A DNA stretch of 64,000 nucleotides from Dendrobates tinctorius (lineage: Eukaryota), in NCBI RefSeq assembly GCF_039654945.1, contig NW_027361711.1, positions 25,358,001-25,422,000 on the forward strand. Reading direction: 5' to 3'. The stretch's first letter is position 1. Every line of letters starts with the position of its first letter. The notes beneath the pieces were generated by a model that was given only the letters and a program-made list of their open reading frames with translations, had not been told where the DNA came from and did not search any database. This document shows positions 26,211 to 39,200 of this stretch, piece by piece. The position numbers and the translations under genes were made by a program.

Positions 26211-27061
26211 GTTTAGCACAAAGCAGAGCTAACCAAATCCAAGCACTGACTGTATGTCAAAGGTAGCAGGCTCACACCTGTTGGAGAGCCCATAAATATA
26301 GGGTGGGATGATTTTTTAAATGAGTTTCAGGCAAAAACCGTTATTTGTCAATTTTGGAATGGTCAGAAAAAAAATCGCCAGACGGATGTCAAACGGATGC
26401 TTACATGCGATTAAAATCGGATCAATGAAGAAAAATCGCATCAAAAGCGGATCACTGGTCAAGAAACCTTTGTGCGATTTCGGACCATTAAAATCGGACC
26501 GATTTTTTAATCATTGTGTGTGACTCCAGCCTTAACCTGAAAAAAAGTTAAACCAAAGGGGAGGCTAAGTAACGAGTAACCCAAAAAAATTGACTTTCTT
26601 TCCATTGTGGCCAACAATAACATGAAAAAAAGAACTGACTTACCCCGCCAACCAACCCACTAAAAAGAAACTGCCTCACCCCCTAACCAATTAGCCCATA
26701 TATAAAGGAACTGTCTCATGTCTTGAACCAACCAACCCAAACGAACTGCCTCACCGACCCCCTAATTAACCCACTAGTTCCACAGATTATGTGGTGCAGA
26801 AAGAAGAGGACTGAGGTGTCGTCAAACCATGATCCACCCTATCGCAAATAAATGACTTCTCATGATCTTCCTGGAGGAGAACAATTAAAATGTCTAGTAA
26901 TGCAGATGCTAGTACTGTACTTAGAGCTAAGGTTCCCTGGAAATATATGGGAATCAGACTATATTATTGGCAATGTTTACTAGAAACTCTGCAACTTTAA
27001 CTGAAAGCATGGAACTGAAACTTACTTTAGGAGACAACATTGCATTACTAGCAAGAATCTA

Positions 27062-27393
27062 TACCCTGCACACGTTGCGGATTCCGCTGCGAGTTTTTCC
27101 GCGCGGAAACACAGATAAAACCGCAGGTAACGTGACATGTGGTTTTCCTGCGTTTTGGTCTGCGGTTTTACCCTGCGGTTTCACACCTCTACTATGTTAA
27201 AGGTGTGAAACCGCTGCGGAAACCGCCCAAACAATTGACATGCTGCGGTTTGTAAAAACGCAGCGTGAGCACAGCGTTTTCGAAAACCCATAGGCTTTCA
27301 TTGTACTGTAACATGTCAGCGGAACTGCTGCGTTTCCGCAGGGCCAAAACCACTGCGGAAACGCAGCAGAATCCGTAACGTGCGCACATAGCC
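27062..27393. mobile_element. Palindromic Harbinger-type MITE (left end eroded)
   Basis: gcacacgttgcggattccgctgcg ... cgcagcagaatccgtaacgtgcgcacatagcc|tta. Confidence 0.65.
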
Positions 27394-27518
27394 TTAGTAG
27401 CAAACAGTCTACCAGTTATCTGGGCATGTGTGGCATGCAAGGGTGTTTAGATTATTGTGGTGGGACCGTTTCAATCCCTAAGAAGATAGTATTGGACACT
27501 TTTTGTTTATTCATTGAT

Positions 27519-30500
27519 TAGGGATGAGTGAACATGCTCAGTGATACTTGGTTATCACTCTACTATCATGGTGCTTGGATGTGCTCGTTACTCGGTGATT
27601 AATGGTCGGTGCTCTATGTAAAACTTGAATCTCCCCCCTCATGTTTGGCACCTGTTACACAGCCAATAGGCATGCGGAGATTGCTTGTGTGTCACTATAA
27701 TGCCGTAACCATGTTGGTTGTGGTATTATTGCGATTGGTGGCCGAGTAACATCATCAGGTGTTATAAAAGAATAGACGCTGCCAGGCTCGACACACTGAT
27801 GCCATTGAACAGCTCTGTGACATTTCATATTAGAGGCAGAGAGTTCTTGTCTAGACCTGTGTGCACAGTGTAATAAATCAGAGGCCTGTAGTGTTGAACC
27901 ATCAAGATAACAGCCCTTTTAAGAGCTAATCATTTGCTTTACTGTTTGTATCACATACATTATTCATTTAGGGAAAGGAGGGAGAGAGATTCGCAGGTCC
28001 ATGGAGAGTGGCTGAATACAGTCTGCAGACAGGGATTAGGGCTGTGCAGTCCATTGCCAAATGTATAGCTGCATTATTTTGGGGGGGAGGGTAATACAAT
28101 TGAATATATATTGATCCAGCAAGTATGACGTGCCTTGTGTGACTTTTTTATGCTATATAGCACTCAAAAAAATTGTTGGAAAATTTTCCTAGGTCAAATT
28201 TCTTCCTCCATAGAATATTCTGTGTTCTGCGGTAAAAATTTTTTAGACATAACAGTCTAAAAAGGTGTCTAAAAATTTGACATGGTTGAATTTCTCACCC
28301 ATACCCTATTCCCTGCTGTGGGTTATATGTCTGTGATCTATAAAACTGAAAAAAAGCATTACAATGTTTTTAAGTGTTAAATTTCTCAGCCATGCAGTTT
28401 TATGTGCTTTGTTGTACATTTCTGTAGCATATAGCACTTCCAAAAAAGCACTGAAACATTTTTCTGAATTAAATTTGATTGTCATCTATTCACTGTTGCA
28501 TTTTTTCTGTTACATTACGGTGGCATTAAATTTCCAAAAACTGCTTTGACTGCTGCAGATGACCAATTTTTTTCTTTTATTAAAAATAAACTTGGTTTCA
28601 AGTAAACCTAGCAATTACAAAATACAGTACATAAGGTGTGTGGTAAGGGATGGGGAAGTGTAAGTACTGATGATGGTGCATGCAGATGGAGAGGAAGTGG
28701 GGCAGGTGTGACTATGCCTGTTACTGGAGCACATGGAACACACCCATCCATGATAAATAGGTTCCTGTCCCACTTTGCGGGGAGGCACATTACACCATTT
28801 CTGAACCCAAAGCAGTGCAAACAGTTGGTCGGTTGGATAGCAGTTAATGCTCCCAGCAGGCTTGGCAGTAACATCCTGTCTTCCACACAGTCCAGTCTCA
28901 CCAGCTTACAGTCTGGATCACTTAATCCTTACCATGATCTTCCTTCACGATGAGTCACAGAAGACTAGTGATCCCACACTAGGACTCTCAAACTGCATGC
29001 TCTAAGAGGGACGGGATGACATGCTGTTTAGTGATGCACAAAACTTAGGGCATCCATGGCCACAAGAAGATGACTGTGGGGAATGGCAAATTTTGGCTAA
29101 GGAAGAAGAAGATATTGAGACACGGTTGCCACTAATTCTTGTTGTTTTTAAGTCACAAAGTCAGAAGGACCAGGGTGTGGGGCTGGAAGACGAGATGGTG
29201 GATGACGAACTCCACGACCCAATCTGCGAGGCTGGCATGCAGAGCAAGGTCTTCAGCACTTAGGGGGAGGAATCGGCAGCACCAAAACAGATAGGAAGAG
29301 GCAGTGGAGTGAGCAGAGGAAGATGGTAGGAAACAGTTACGCAGAGCATCGACACACCTGAATTTCTCTGTCAAAGAGTTAGGTGTTCCCCAGACCAGGA
29401 CTTTTTTAAAAATACAAAGTAGCCATTTGCAGCCATGCTAAGATTAGCAGGTGACTCACTAATAAGAACCTAACTACAACCAGCATTGCCAGGCACTTGT
29501 CATCTACGCACCCGATTTTTTGGGCTGAACGCCTAGGTTCCCGATTGGTACCATTGGATGACACCATTGCCTCTTCCCCTGTTCTTGGTGTTTCCCAATT
29601 CCCTTTCCAAAACACTGCCTTGCACCTATTCTCACACATTTTGACTTACCATCATCAGGCAATTCCAAATCTTTATGCCAGCACAGCATTCAGCTATACC
29701 TACCCCAGGACTTGGAATGTTTGAGACAGTTTGCAGTCAACAACCCACAGGCCCAAAAGCTAAACAGACATATTTCCAGGCTGCTTGTTGTGGAAATGTT
29801 GCAGTTTGGCTTGTTGATAACAAGGCAATTTGTCTCGTTGCGGCAGCCGACCCTTAGTATTCGGTTCTCTGCTGACACTTTTTCTTCTAGTGTGGCGTCC
29901 CCGCCTTGAACCAGCACCCATGCCCTTAACAATGCGATTACTAGGATTGTCCATTAACAACTGACACGTGGACAAGTGTTTGTGGCCAGGAGCTCTGCAT
30001 TTCCATGATGACACACTGGGTGAACATAGTGGAGGCTGGGGCTGTTTCACAAGCTGGTATGGCACATGTGCTCCCAACACCGAGGATTGATGGCTCTACT
30101 TTGATTGTGGTTTCCACCATGCTTACACTAGTTCCTGCACCCCTTCCTGATCCTCCTCATCATCAATCTTCAATGTGCTATCTTTAATCATGTCATCTAC
30201 ATCAGCCAGAAGCTCTGCAGCACTGTCTCAGCAATGCGACAATGGACTCTGTTGAAGCTAATTTGTCTAGGAGACAAACCGCACACCACGGCAGAGTTAC
30301 TTAAAGGATTAAAAGACCAGACAGATCTGTGTTTTTTGCTGCTGATCTTCCAACCAGGCATGGTCGTGTATGATAATGGTCTTTACCTGGTGGCGGCTGT
30401 GAAGCTTGGTACATGTGCTTAACTTGATAGGTCAGTGGTTTCTGAAAATCTACCCAGATTTGCCAGAGCTTTTGGTCATGGTTCGCCTCATCAGCGCCCA

Positions 30501-32618
30501 TTTCCATAAGTCGGCTACAGCTGCTTTGGCAGTGCTTCAGCAGCGCATGTAAATCTCAGCTCATTGACTGGCGTGTGATGTGACCACACGCTGGAACTCA
30601 GCACTGCACATGCAGGCAAGACTTTGTGAGCAGCAAAGGCCAGTTGTTGAATACCAGTTCTAACACATTGGTATTCTGGTCAGCCACCATACATAACATT
30701 TGGAGTAGACAAGGATTTCTGACATTTGTGCGGTTCTCCAAGAATTTGAGGACTCCACAAGGAAGCTGAGCAGGGATGACGCCATAGACAGCTCAAAAAT
30801 CATGCTTCTGTGCTACTTAAACGGTTGCTGCTCACAATTAAACATGAAGCTATGCATGCAGATCAAGTGGAGAAGGAACCCATCCCTGCCCCGCCTCATC
30901 CCCTCTGCTCAGTGCAAATTGGGTAACAATGAGGAAGTGGAGGCTGAGAAAGATGGGGAGGAAAAGGATCTGGTGGCAAGAAATACAGAGGCTAGTACCC
31001 ACACAAACTTCATACCATATCACGAAAGAGAGGGAGGAGGAGCAGGTGGATAGTCATAATCTTGGTGGAGACAGGGAATTGTTGGCTGTAGGGAGCTTGC
31101 CACATAAGGCAGACTTTATGTACCGCTGCCTTCCTGTGACCTTCGCATTACATTCATCTTGGGCAAAAAGGAGTACTGGCTGTACACACTGCTAGACCCA
31201 TGCTACAAGGAGAACTTTGCATCTCTTCTTCCAGAGGCAGAGAAGTCTACTAAAATGGTGCTGTACAGAAGGCCATTGTGGAAAATATGTTGAAAAAAGT
31301 ACTATCAGACAATGCTAGTGGCAAAAAGCAAGTTTCTTTGCCCAACCAAGGAGTTAAGGTGAGGGAGACACACACCAGGTACAGCAAAAGCAGGAGTAAA
31401 CTGTCAAAGGCTTGAGCCAATTTCATGACACCCTCCCAGAGTCCATGCCCTCATTACTGGTTATTTATGACAAGTAGGGAAAAGTTTTGAAAAATGGTCA
31501 ATCAATACCTGGCTGACCAAACCTCCATACTCCCTACTTCCTTTGCGACCTTCAGCTATTGTGCCTCAAGGCTGAACACCTGGCATGAGCTGACATTCTA
31601 TGCATTGGAGGTGTTATGCTGACCCTGCCACTAGCGTCTTGTCTGAGCGGATTCTCAGTGCCACAAGGAACTATTTCTGTTGACAGACAAAAACATCTGT
31701 CTTTTATGACTAAAAGACAGATGTTTTTGTCTGTCAACAGAAATAGTTCACAGGCTTCCTTTTATACACCACCTGATGATAGTAGCACATAAAGTGTTTT
31801 TAATGTTCTATATTTGAACGAGGCCTGCAAGATATTGCCTTCTAGGGTCTATGGATTACCCTACTTATATTTTTTTACTGGCTTTGCACTTTGTAGGAAT
31901 ACCACAACTTCACATTGTTCACAATGTTTTAATAGCAAAATACAGTTGGTGGATTCAAGGGTGTATGGATGACCCTGCTTGTAATCTGGTAACATTTCAC
32001 TTAGTGCATAGCCTTTATGAATCTAGAAGCACCAATACATGACAATTGCAACAGAATGTGTATGAGTCCCTTCTTTATGTCTAATACAGGGTGCATCGGA
32101 GTCCCTCTGAGTTTCTAAATTTTTGTACTTCTTGCTTCCTTTATAAATTACACTGAAATTTCCAAAAATGTTTATAAAATAATCAATTTTGGTTTAGATA
32201 AATTATATTTTTTTAAATCTTTTTTAAAATTGTGTCTTATATACAAATAAGAGTCATTATACAAGAAAAATGTTTATTAACATTTTTTTTCCTGTAAAAT
32301 GCAATTTCTCATTGAATTTTTGAAATGTTTTGTTGTCAGTGCTTAAAATGGAGTAAAAGTGACACCATTGTTTTCAACAGAGGTCTAGACATGCTTTCAG
32401 GGATCTTTCCCATCCTTCTCTCTTTTTATTCAGCACTTTTTCGAACCATTTCAACATCTTCACTGCCCCCTAGAACTCTTTGTAGAGTCTGCCAGAAAAA
32501 AGCTCTGATTTCCCATTGACTCCCATTATACTTATTACTCGAAATGAGCATTCAAGCATTAGAAATTGCTCAGTTCGAGCAATGAGCTCCCAAGCATTTT
32601 AGTGCTCACTCATCTCTA
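27519..32618 (+). mobile_element. Degenerate hAT transposon; transposase pseudogene at about 28600-31790
   Basis: TIRs TAGGGATGAGTGAAC / GCTCACTCATCTCTA; imperfect 8-bp TSD tcattgat/ttatttat. Relics CDVTTRWNS (about 30580), LDPCYKE (about 31195) and PATSVLSERILS (about 31630). Confidence 0.8.
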
Positions 32619-33914
32619 TTATTTATTTTAGTTGCTTAAATAGCACCATTATTTCCACAGCAATTTACAGAAAATACCATCACTGCACCATATGGGTTTG
32701 CAATCTAAATTCTCTATCAGTAAGTGGGAGGAAACTTTAGCACCCGGAGGAAACCCACGCAAACACAGAGATATGTAAACTTCTTGCAGTTGTTGTCTTT
32801 GGTGGGATTAACCGCTGAGCCATCTTTATTTAAATGGAGCAGTTAATAGATGAACTCCCAAGTGCCTAGAATTTATTTGATTATGCATTTGCCGAACCAC
32901 ATGACCATGATTGAACAACCTGATTTCAACATAGTAATAACTGCAGTTACTGTGAGATGTCCCAAATCGGTTTTGATCTTTGCCAACAGGTTTCTGAGAC
33001 TTGTTTTAAGTTACATTTCCCCTCTCCCCCTGAGGAGATCCTTATATGATTCAGGGGAATCATCCGCACACAGGTATACAGGGTTCTACCATATGTATTT
33101 TTGAATTCATTTAGTTAATGGAGGATAAGAGCAGTATAGTGTACTTTGGAACCTCGCTCCATTTTCACTTAATGTTTTAGAAAACACACAGGGAGGGGAC
33201 AGAGGTGTATAGGGGATTCTGGAACCCTATATTTATCTGTATTCCCTCCTTTTTTGTACTCTTTGTGTGCTCTCTTTTTGTTCTTATTCCACCATGAGGC
33301 CACACGCTTAAATTTCAGGATGACCGTAGTTGCTATTTTGGCACTGTAGTCAGTGTGCACAGCTATATTGTTTTGTTATACCTTGCGTTTGTTTCCCAAT
33401 TCTTCAATGTATTGCTATACCCCATTTATTAGCATACTTTGAGTTATTATAGATTATTGATCCTTTCAGCATCCCTTACATGCCATTTTGCTTTTTTAAA
33501 TTATATGTTTTATATTAGTTTCAATAAAAGTTGCTTTTATATTATGGACCTCTTCCTCACTCAGCCTATTGTACATCTTGGTCTGGATTTATTGTTGTAG
33601 TAACTTCTACAATATGTAGATGATTTGTTTGTACAACAGGGGTGCAAGGGTGCTTGGTATAGTCAGTCTTTCACTTGCATTTTAGGCAGAGGCAGTGTGT
33701 AAAGCTTTCAAAAACACACTTCACCAAGCCAGAACTAGAGTCATGTTTTTAGGACTGTGTTTCATGAGGCAAGAAACATCTCACTGCAGAATAGCCCTCC
33801 CAGATTTATTGTTTTATTTTAGAGCCTCCAACAGGACAAGGATCATAGGCTGATTCTGAGATGCTAAACTTAAATGGTGCTTTTAGATTGAGAAACTGGC
33901 ATTTACAATATATA

Positions 33915-35463
33915 CAGGTGCTTCTCACAAAATTAGAATATCATCAAAAAGTTAATTTATTTCAGTTCTTCAATACAAAAAGTTAAACTCATATATTCTA
34001 TAGAGTCATTACAAACAGAGTGGCCAATTTCAAGTGTTTATTTCTGTTAATGTTGCCGAATATGGCTTACAGCCAATGAAAACCCAAAAGTCATTATCTC
34101 AGTAAATTAGAATAATTATCAAAAAACACATGCAAAGGCTTTCTAAGCATTTAAAAAGGTCCCTTAGTCTGTTTCAGTAGGCTCCACAATCATGGGGAAG
34201 ACTGCAGATTTGACATATGTCCAGAAGGCAGTCATTGATACACTCCACAAGGAGGGTATGCCACTAAAGGTCATTGCTAAAGAATACGGCTGTTCACAGA
34301 GTGCTGTATCCAAGCATATTAATGGAATGTTGAGTGGAAGGAAAAAGTGTAGTAGAAAAAGCTGCACAAGCAAACGGGATAACTGCAGCCTTGAAAGGAT
34401 TGTTAAGAAAAGGCCATTCCAAAATGTGGGGGAGATTCACAAGGAGTGGACTGCTGGTGGAGTCATTGCATCAAGAGCCACCACACACAGAGGTATCCAG
34501 GATATGGGCTACAATTGTCCCATTCCTTGTGTCAAGCCAATCATGACCAGTAGACAATGCCAAAAGCCTTACCAGGGCAAAGGAGAAAAAGAACTGAACT
34601 GTTGTTCAGTGGTCCAAGGTGTTTCATTCACATGAAAGTAAATTTTGCATTTAATTTGGAAATCAAGATCTCAGAATCTGGAGGAAGAGTGGAGAGGCCA
34701 CAATCCAAGCTGCTTGATGTCTAGTGTGAAGTTTCCACAATCAGTAATGGTTTGGGGAGCCATGTCATCTGCTGGTGTAGGTCCACTGTGTTTTATCAAA
34801 CCAAAGTCAGTGCAGCTGTCTACCAGGAAATTTAAGTGCGCTTCATGCTTCCCTCGGCCGACAAGCTTTTTGGAGATGGAACTTTCATTCTCCAGTGGGA
34901 TTGGCACCTGCCACACTGCCAAAAGTACCAATAACTGGTTTAAAAATAAGAGTACCACTGTGCTTAATTGGCCAGCAAACTGACTTTACCCCCATAGAGA
35001 ATCTATGTGGTATTGTCAAGAGGAAGATGAGAGACACCAGACCCAACAACTCAGACTAGCTAAAGGCTGTTATCAAAGCAACCTGGGCTTGCATAACACC
35101 TCAGCAGTGCCACAGGCTGATCGCCTACAAGCCACGCTACAATGATGCAGTAATTGATGCAAAAGGAGCCCCGACCAAGTATTGAGTGCATTTACTTAAC
35201 ATACATTTTAGTAGGCCAACAATTCAGATTTTAAACTCATTTTTCAAGCTGGTGTTATAACATATTCTAATTTACTGAGATAATGACTTTTTGTGTTTTC
35301 ATTGGCTGTAAGCCATAATCATCAACATTAACAGAAATAAACACTTGAAATACATCACTCTGTTTTTAATGACTTTATTTAACATATGAGTTTCACTTTT
35401 TGTATTGAAGAACTGAAATAAATTAACTTTTTGATGATATTCTAATTTTGTGAAAAGCACCTG
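33915..35463 (+). mobile_element. Tc1-like transposon; transposase pseudogene at 34192 to about 35185
   Basis: TA|CAGGTGCTTCTCACAAAATTAGAATATC ... GATATTCTAATTTTGTGAAAAGCACCTG|TA; MGKTADLT HTH start and SVMVWGAMS motif; frameshifted. Confidence 0.92.
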
Positions 35464-35501
35464 TATGTCCGCAGTTTCATGGATCTTAGATCAATCGTTA
35501 C

Positions 35502-35758
35502 CTTTCTCTCGCAGACTTCCAACAATTAGCCCCTCAGATTCGCACACACTCTGTTTTCACAGATGAACCTCTCTCCCTTTCCCTTACTACTTATTTTAGG
35601 GATTTCCCTCTTTCTCCTAGGTCTTGATGGTAGCTCTTTTTGTGACAGATTAGAACGCATTAGTATAGGACCCTTCAATTCTTTAATTACACTTTCTGAA
35701 AATCCAAAACTTGTTGGCAGCAGAGCCTGTTCCATGTCCATTGAAAGAGTGGCAAGCA
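35502..35758 (-). other. Possible host exon, unidentified
   Basis: Acceptor-like ttttagttgtag and donor-like AAG|gtaacg bracket a frame LATLSMDMEQALLPTSFG...; however a TAA occurs before the donor. Confidence 0.2.
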
Positions 35759-36039
35759 CTACAACTAAAATGCTTGAGTGTCACATTCACGTCCATTATG
35801 TTTGCTACTCGAGTTGAGCACTTCCAAGGGTCCGATGTCGTTGATTCGAGTACTGAACACTTGAGAATTTCAGTGCTCGACCATCACTAATGAAGACTGA
35901 GAAAAAGAATTAACTTAAGAATATTGTTGAAACCTTAATTGCTAAACTTAAACTTTTGGAGATGATTTCAGGTATGGACATGAGGGGAGTCCATGCACAG
36001 GATGTACAGTGGCCAAATTGATGTTCACTCAGGAATCAC

Positions 36040-37005
36040 TTTCTCACTCCTGTTCAGCACAGGAAGCAGAGCTGAAGGTACTTGTGTGAGGCGTTGAATT
36101 CCCACCACTGCACAGGGGGAATCTCAAGCAATCTCCTCTGCGGTCTCCCATTTTTCTACAGCCGCAGAGGTTCCTGCTCAGCAGTGATGTTGGTCCCAGT
36201 GTCTTGCTCAGGCTAATGCTATGCGTCGGGTTGCTGCTGCTGCCCCAGGTTCGGCTATAGCATTCAGCATTAGTCAGCAGCAAGCTGATGTCCCTGGGAC
36301 TAAGTACTGCTTTTCTCCATCTGAGCATGCCCGTGAGATGACTGCTCATTGATGGTAGAAAGTCACATGCTCAGGTCCTCAAGCAGCTCGGATTGGGCCA
36401 TCAGTAAGGTCCCGGAAGGCTGCAGTTATGAAAGGATCGCACTGCCGTGTGCTGGTATAGACCTTGTGGAGTAAGTGTTGTATGCACGTATGAATGTCTC
36501 TGGTGACTGACTCCTTGTGAAACCCCTTCCCAGTTAGTGCCTAGGCTAATAGTGCAGGTAGGAGGCAGAGTCAGTGCCTAGTTTCAGTGCTTAGTAGTGG
36601 CTTGCCTGTACGCCACAGTGCACTCAGCACTTCACAGTAGCCAGCGTCTATTTGTGGCATTCGCACGTGCAACGCAGTGCACTTAGTTGGTCTAGAGAGG
36701 CTCTTACCCCACGTCCTAGGGTCAGAGTCTTAAGATCGTACACTAGCGCTGATTCAGCCGTGCCCTGTGATAGTTAACAGGGTACAGTATCTGTGTTATG
36801 CAGTACCAGGGCTCTGTGGAGCAATAGAGCCCGTCGCTACTACATACTGGGTGGTGTTTTACCACGTCTGTCCAGTGCGATACCTGCATTTTGTGTCCGC
36901 CATTACCGAGCAGCAGTTAACATCTCTGCACGGTGGACCCCAGGCTGCCAACGCACCTTATTACCATCTTTATATTATTTGGTGCCTTCCACCAGTCTTA
37001 ATAAC
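36040..37005 (+). mobile_element. Degenerate solo Gypsy LTR
   Basis: 3' end ttatttggtgccttccaccagtctta is the reverse complement of the tgttagggctggcggaacgcaccaaata LTR end seen at 41909 and 46822. Confidence 0.65.
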
Positions 37006-37304
37006 TTGTTAAAGAGTGTACAATGGAAGAAGTTTAGAAAGCAAACTTATTCTAGGTGCACTTCTGGAATCATACATGGCTATAACTACATGGATTTTGT
37101 TGCATACTCAGGTAGGGTTTTACATAATGTTGAAAGTATCAGGCAGATCTTTATGGCTCTAGAGGTACACAAGCATATGGCTATATTTACAGCCAGGCAC
37201 ACAAGCAGGAAACGACCAAGTAAAGGAGGCTCGGGGTACCTATCATTAAAAAAAAACCACTGTTGCTAAACCAGCCTTAAATATGCCACTTTTAGAGAAT
37301 TATA

Positions 37305-38525
37305 CCGGGTGAGTCATAAAGGACGGATGTATTTGAAGTGGCTATAACTCACCACCAGGTGGAGGTAGAGATGTGCGGGAGGCGGGGTTATGTTTGTGAG
37401 GTGAAAGCATTGTTTTTATTTTAGTTTCAGTTTAAGCTATGGTGCCGTGGACGATAGAACATCGCGTTTTTGCGTACGACAGTTTTGTCAAGAATAATGA
37501 GTGTATCACAGCCGTTCAGCGTGAGTTTCGGCGTCATTTCAATATTCACAGAAATCAAGCTGTTCCCGCTCGTAACACTATCCTACGTTGGGTTGAAGCA
37601 CTCCGTACACGAGGTACACTAATGAACAAACGACCACCGGGGGCTCCACGAACGGCACGTACCCCTGAAAATGTGGAACGCGTCAGGCAAGCCATGCTGC
37701 GTAGCGCGGGGATTACGCAGCGCGACTGAAGTTCGCACATGAGATGGAAGCAATTATTGAGCAAAACGACAACCTTATTTTATTCATGAGTGATGAAGCT
37801 CATTTCCATGTCAATGGCATGGTTAATCAGCAGAACTGCCATTATTGGGCCTATGAAAATCCGAAAGAATTACATGAACGACCGCTGCACAGCCCTAAGG
37901 TAACGGTGTGGTGCGCTATGGGCAAATATGGCGTGATCGGTCCGTACTTTTTCGAAGGCGATAATGGCAATACTGTTACCGTGAACTCACAACGTTATAT
38001 CGCCATGATAAATAACTTCTTTGTTCCTGAGTTACGACGGCAACATATCCCCATCTCTAGTGTGTGGTTTCAACAAGATGGGGCAACGGCCCACACAGCC
38101 GGAGCAACAATGAACGTTCTTCGCCCTCTCTTCCCTGGTCGCATCATTTCCAGGTTTGGCGATATTAATTGGCCTCCTAGGTCCCCAGACCTGTCCATGT
38201 GCGATTATTACTTATGGGGTCACCTCAAATCACGTGTATACAAGCTTAAGCCTCGATCATTACAAGAACTGAAGGAAGCTATTCGAGTGGAAGTTGCCCA
38301 AATCGACAGAGTTGTGTTGGAACGTGTTGATGCCAACTTCCAAGAACGCCTTTGGAAATGCATCACTGATAATGGCCACCACATGGCAGATGTTGTTTTC
38401 CACACTTGAATTTGTCAAATATTTGTCAGTATACGTAACCAAATCTGTGAATACATTTATATTTAATAAATATTTAACGATTTTATGATTAGTTTAAAAA
38501 CGTCCGTCCTTTATGACTCACCCGG
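37305..38525 (+). mobile_element. Tc1/mariner element of DD41D (rosa/Visitor) type, internally deleted
   Basis: TIR CCGGGTGAGTCATAAAGGACGGA at both ends with TA TSD. ORFs 37439-37729 (HTH) and 37744-38409 (SDEAHF, QQDGATAH, SPDLSMCD); 41 residues between the second and third Asp. Confidence 0.92.
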
Positions 38526-38779
38526 TATATACGAGTGTTCAGCAGAGTATACCCATGGACTTTGATCTGTTAGGTAAACCACAGCTTACTGTCAAAGCTG
38601 AACTCAATATGTGTTCAGTGAAAAGTACTCGGTATGGAGGTATATAGGAAAAAGTCAGCTTACCAGTCCAAGTGTTTTGACCTCCAGTCAGCACCTCACA
38701 CAGACAAGGATGAGGCAGCCACAGCAAAATCCAATAGATAAAAATCCAGTGAATGGCGTATGTTGCTAAAGATAACTTT

Positions 38780-39200
38780 TATTCAGTGAGAGTAAGAGTA
38801 AAATAGACCAACATATTGCATCCAGCACTGTAGCACACTAGGAGGAAAAGCACGATCACTTTCGCCTTATTCATGATTTTTATAGCTCTTACTGAGTGTC
38901 TCATTTGTCTATCTCTGAAAAGATTTTCATATACGCTAATTATTTCAATTAAGAAGAATTATACATTGAGACCATTTGATACACGGGTATACTGGATGTT
39001 CATGCTAGATTCCTGTGTACCAAATGGTCTCAATGCCCGACATGATTTAATCACAACATATTGAATTCTATACTATCTGGACAAATATTATATGTATCTG
39101 AGTTTTTGTATTTTAATCATTTGTCATTGTGTAATTCACTTACCACATATTTTTGTATAATTCTTCTTAATTGAAATAATTGAAATAATTTTTTTAGCAT
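38780..39200 (+). mobile_element. Penelope-like element 3' fragment (GIY-YIG C-terminus)
   Basis: YWMFMLDSCVPNGLN resembles the W(I/M)F.L....P.GLN end of Penelope ORFs. Confidence 0.55.

Larger units (their letters stand above)
22205..26531. mobile_element. Harbinger/PIF transposon with convergent Myb-like and transposase genes
   Basis: TIRs GGCCGGGGTCACAC / GTGTGACTCCAGCC with TTA TSD; two intron-containing genes tail to tail. Confidence 0.92.
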
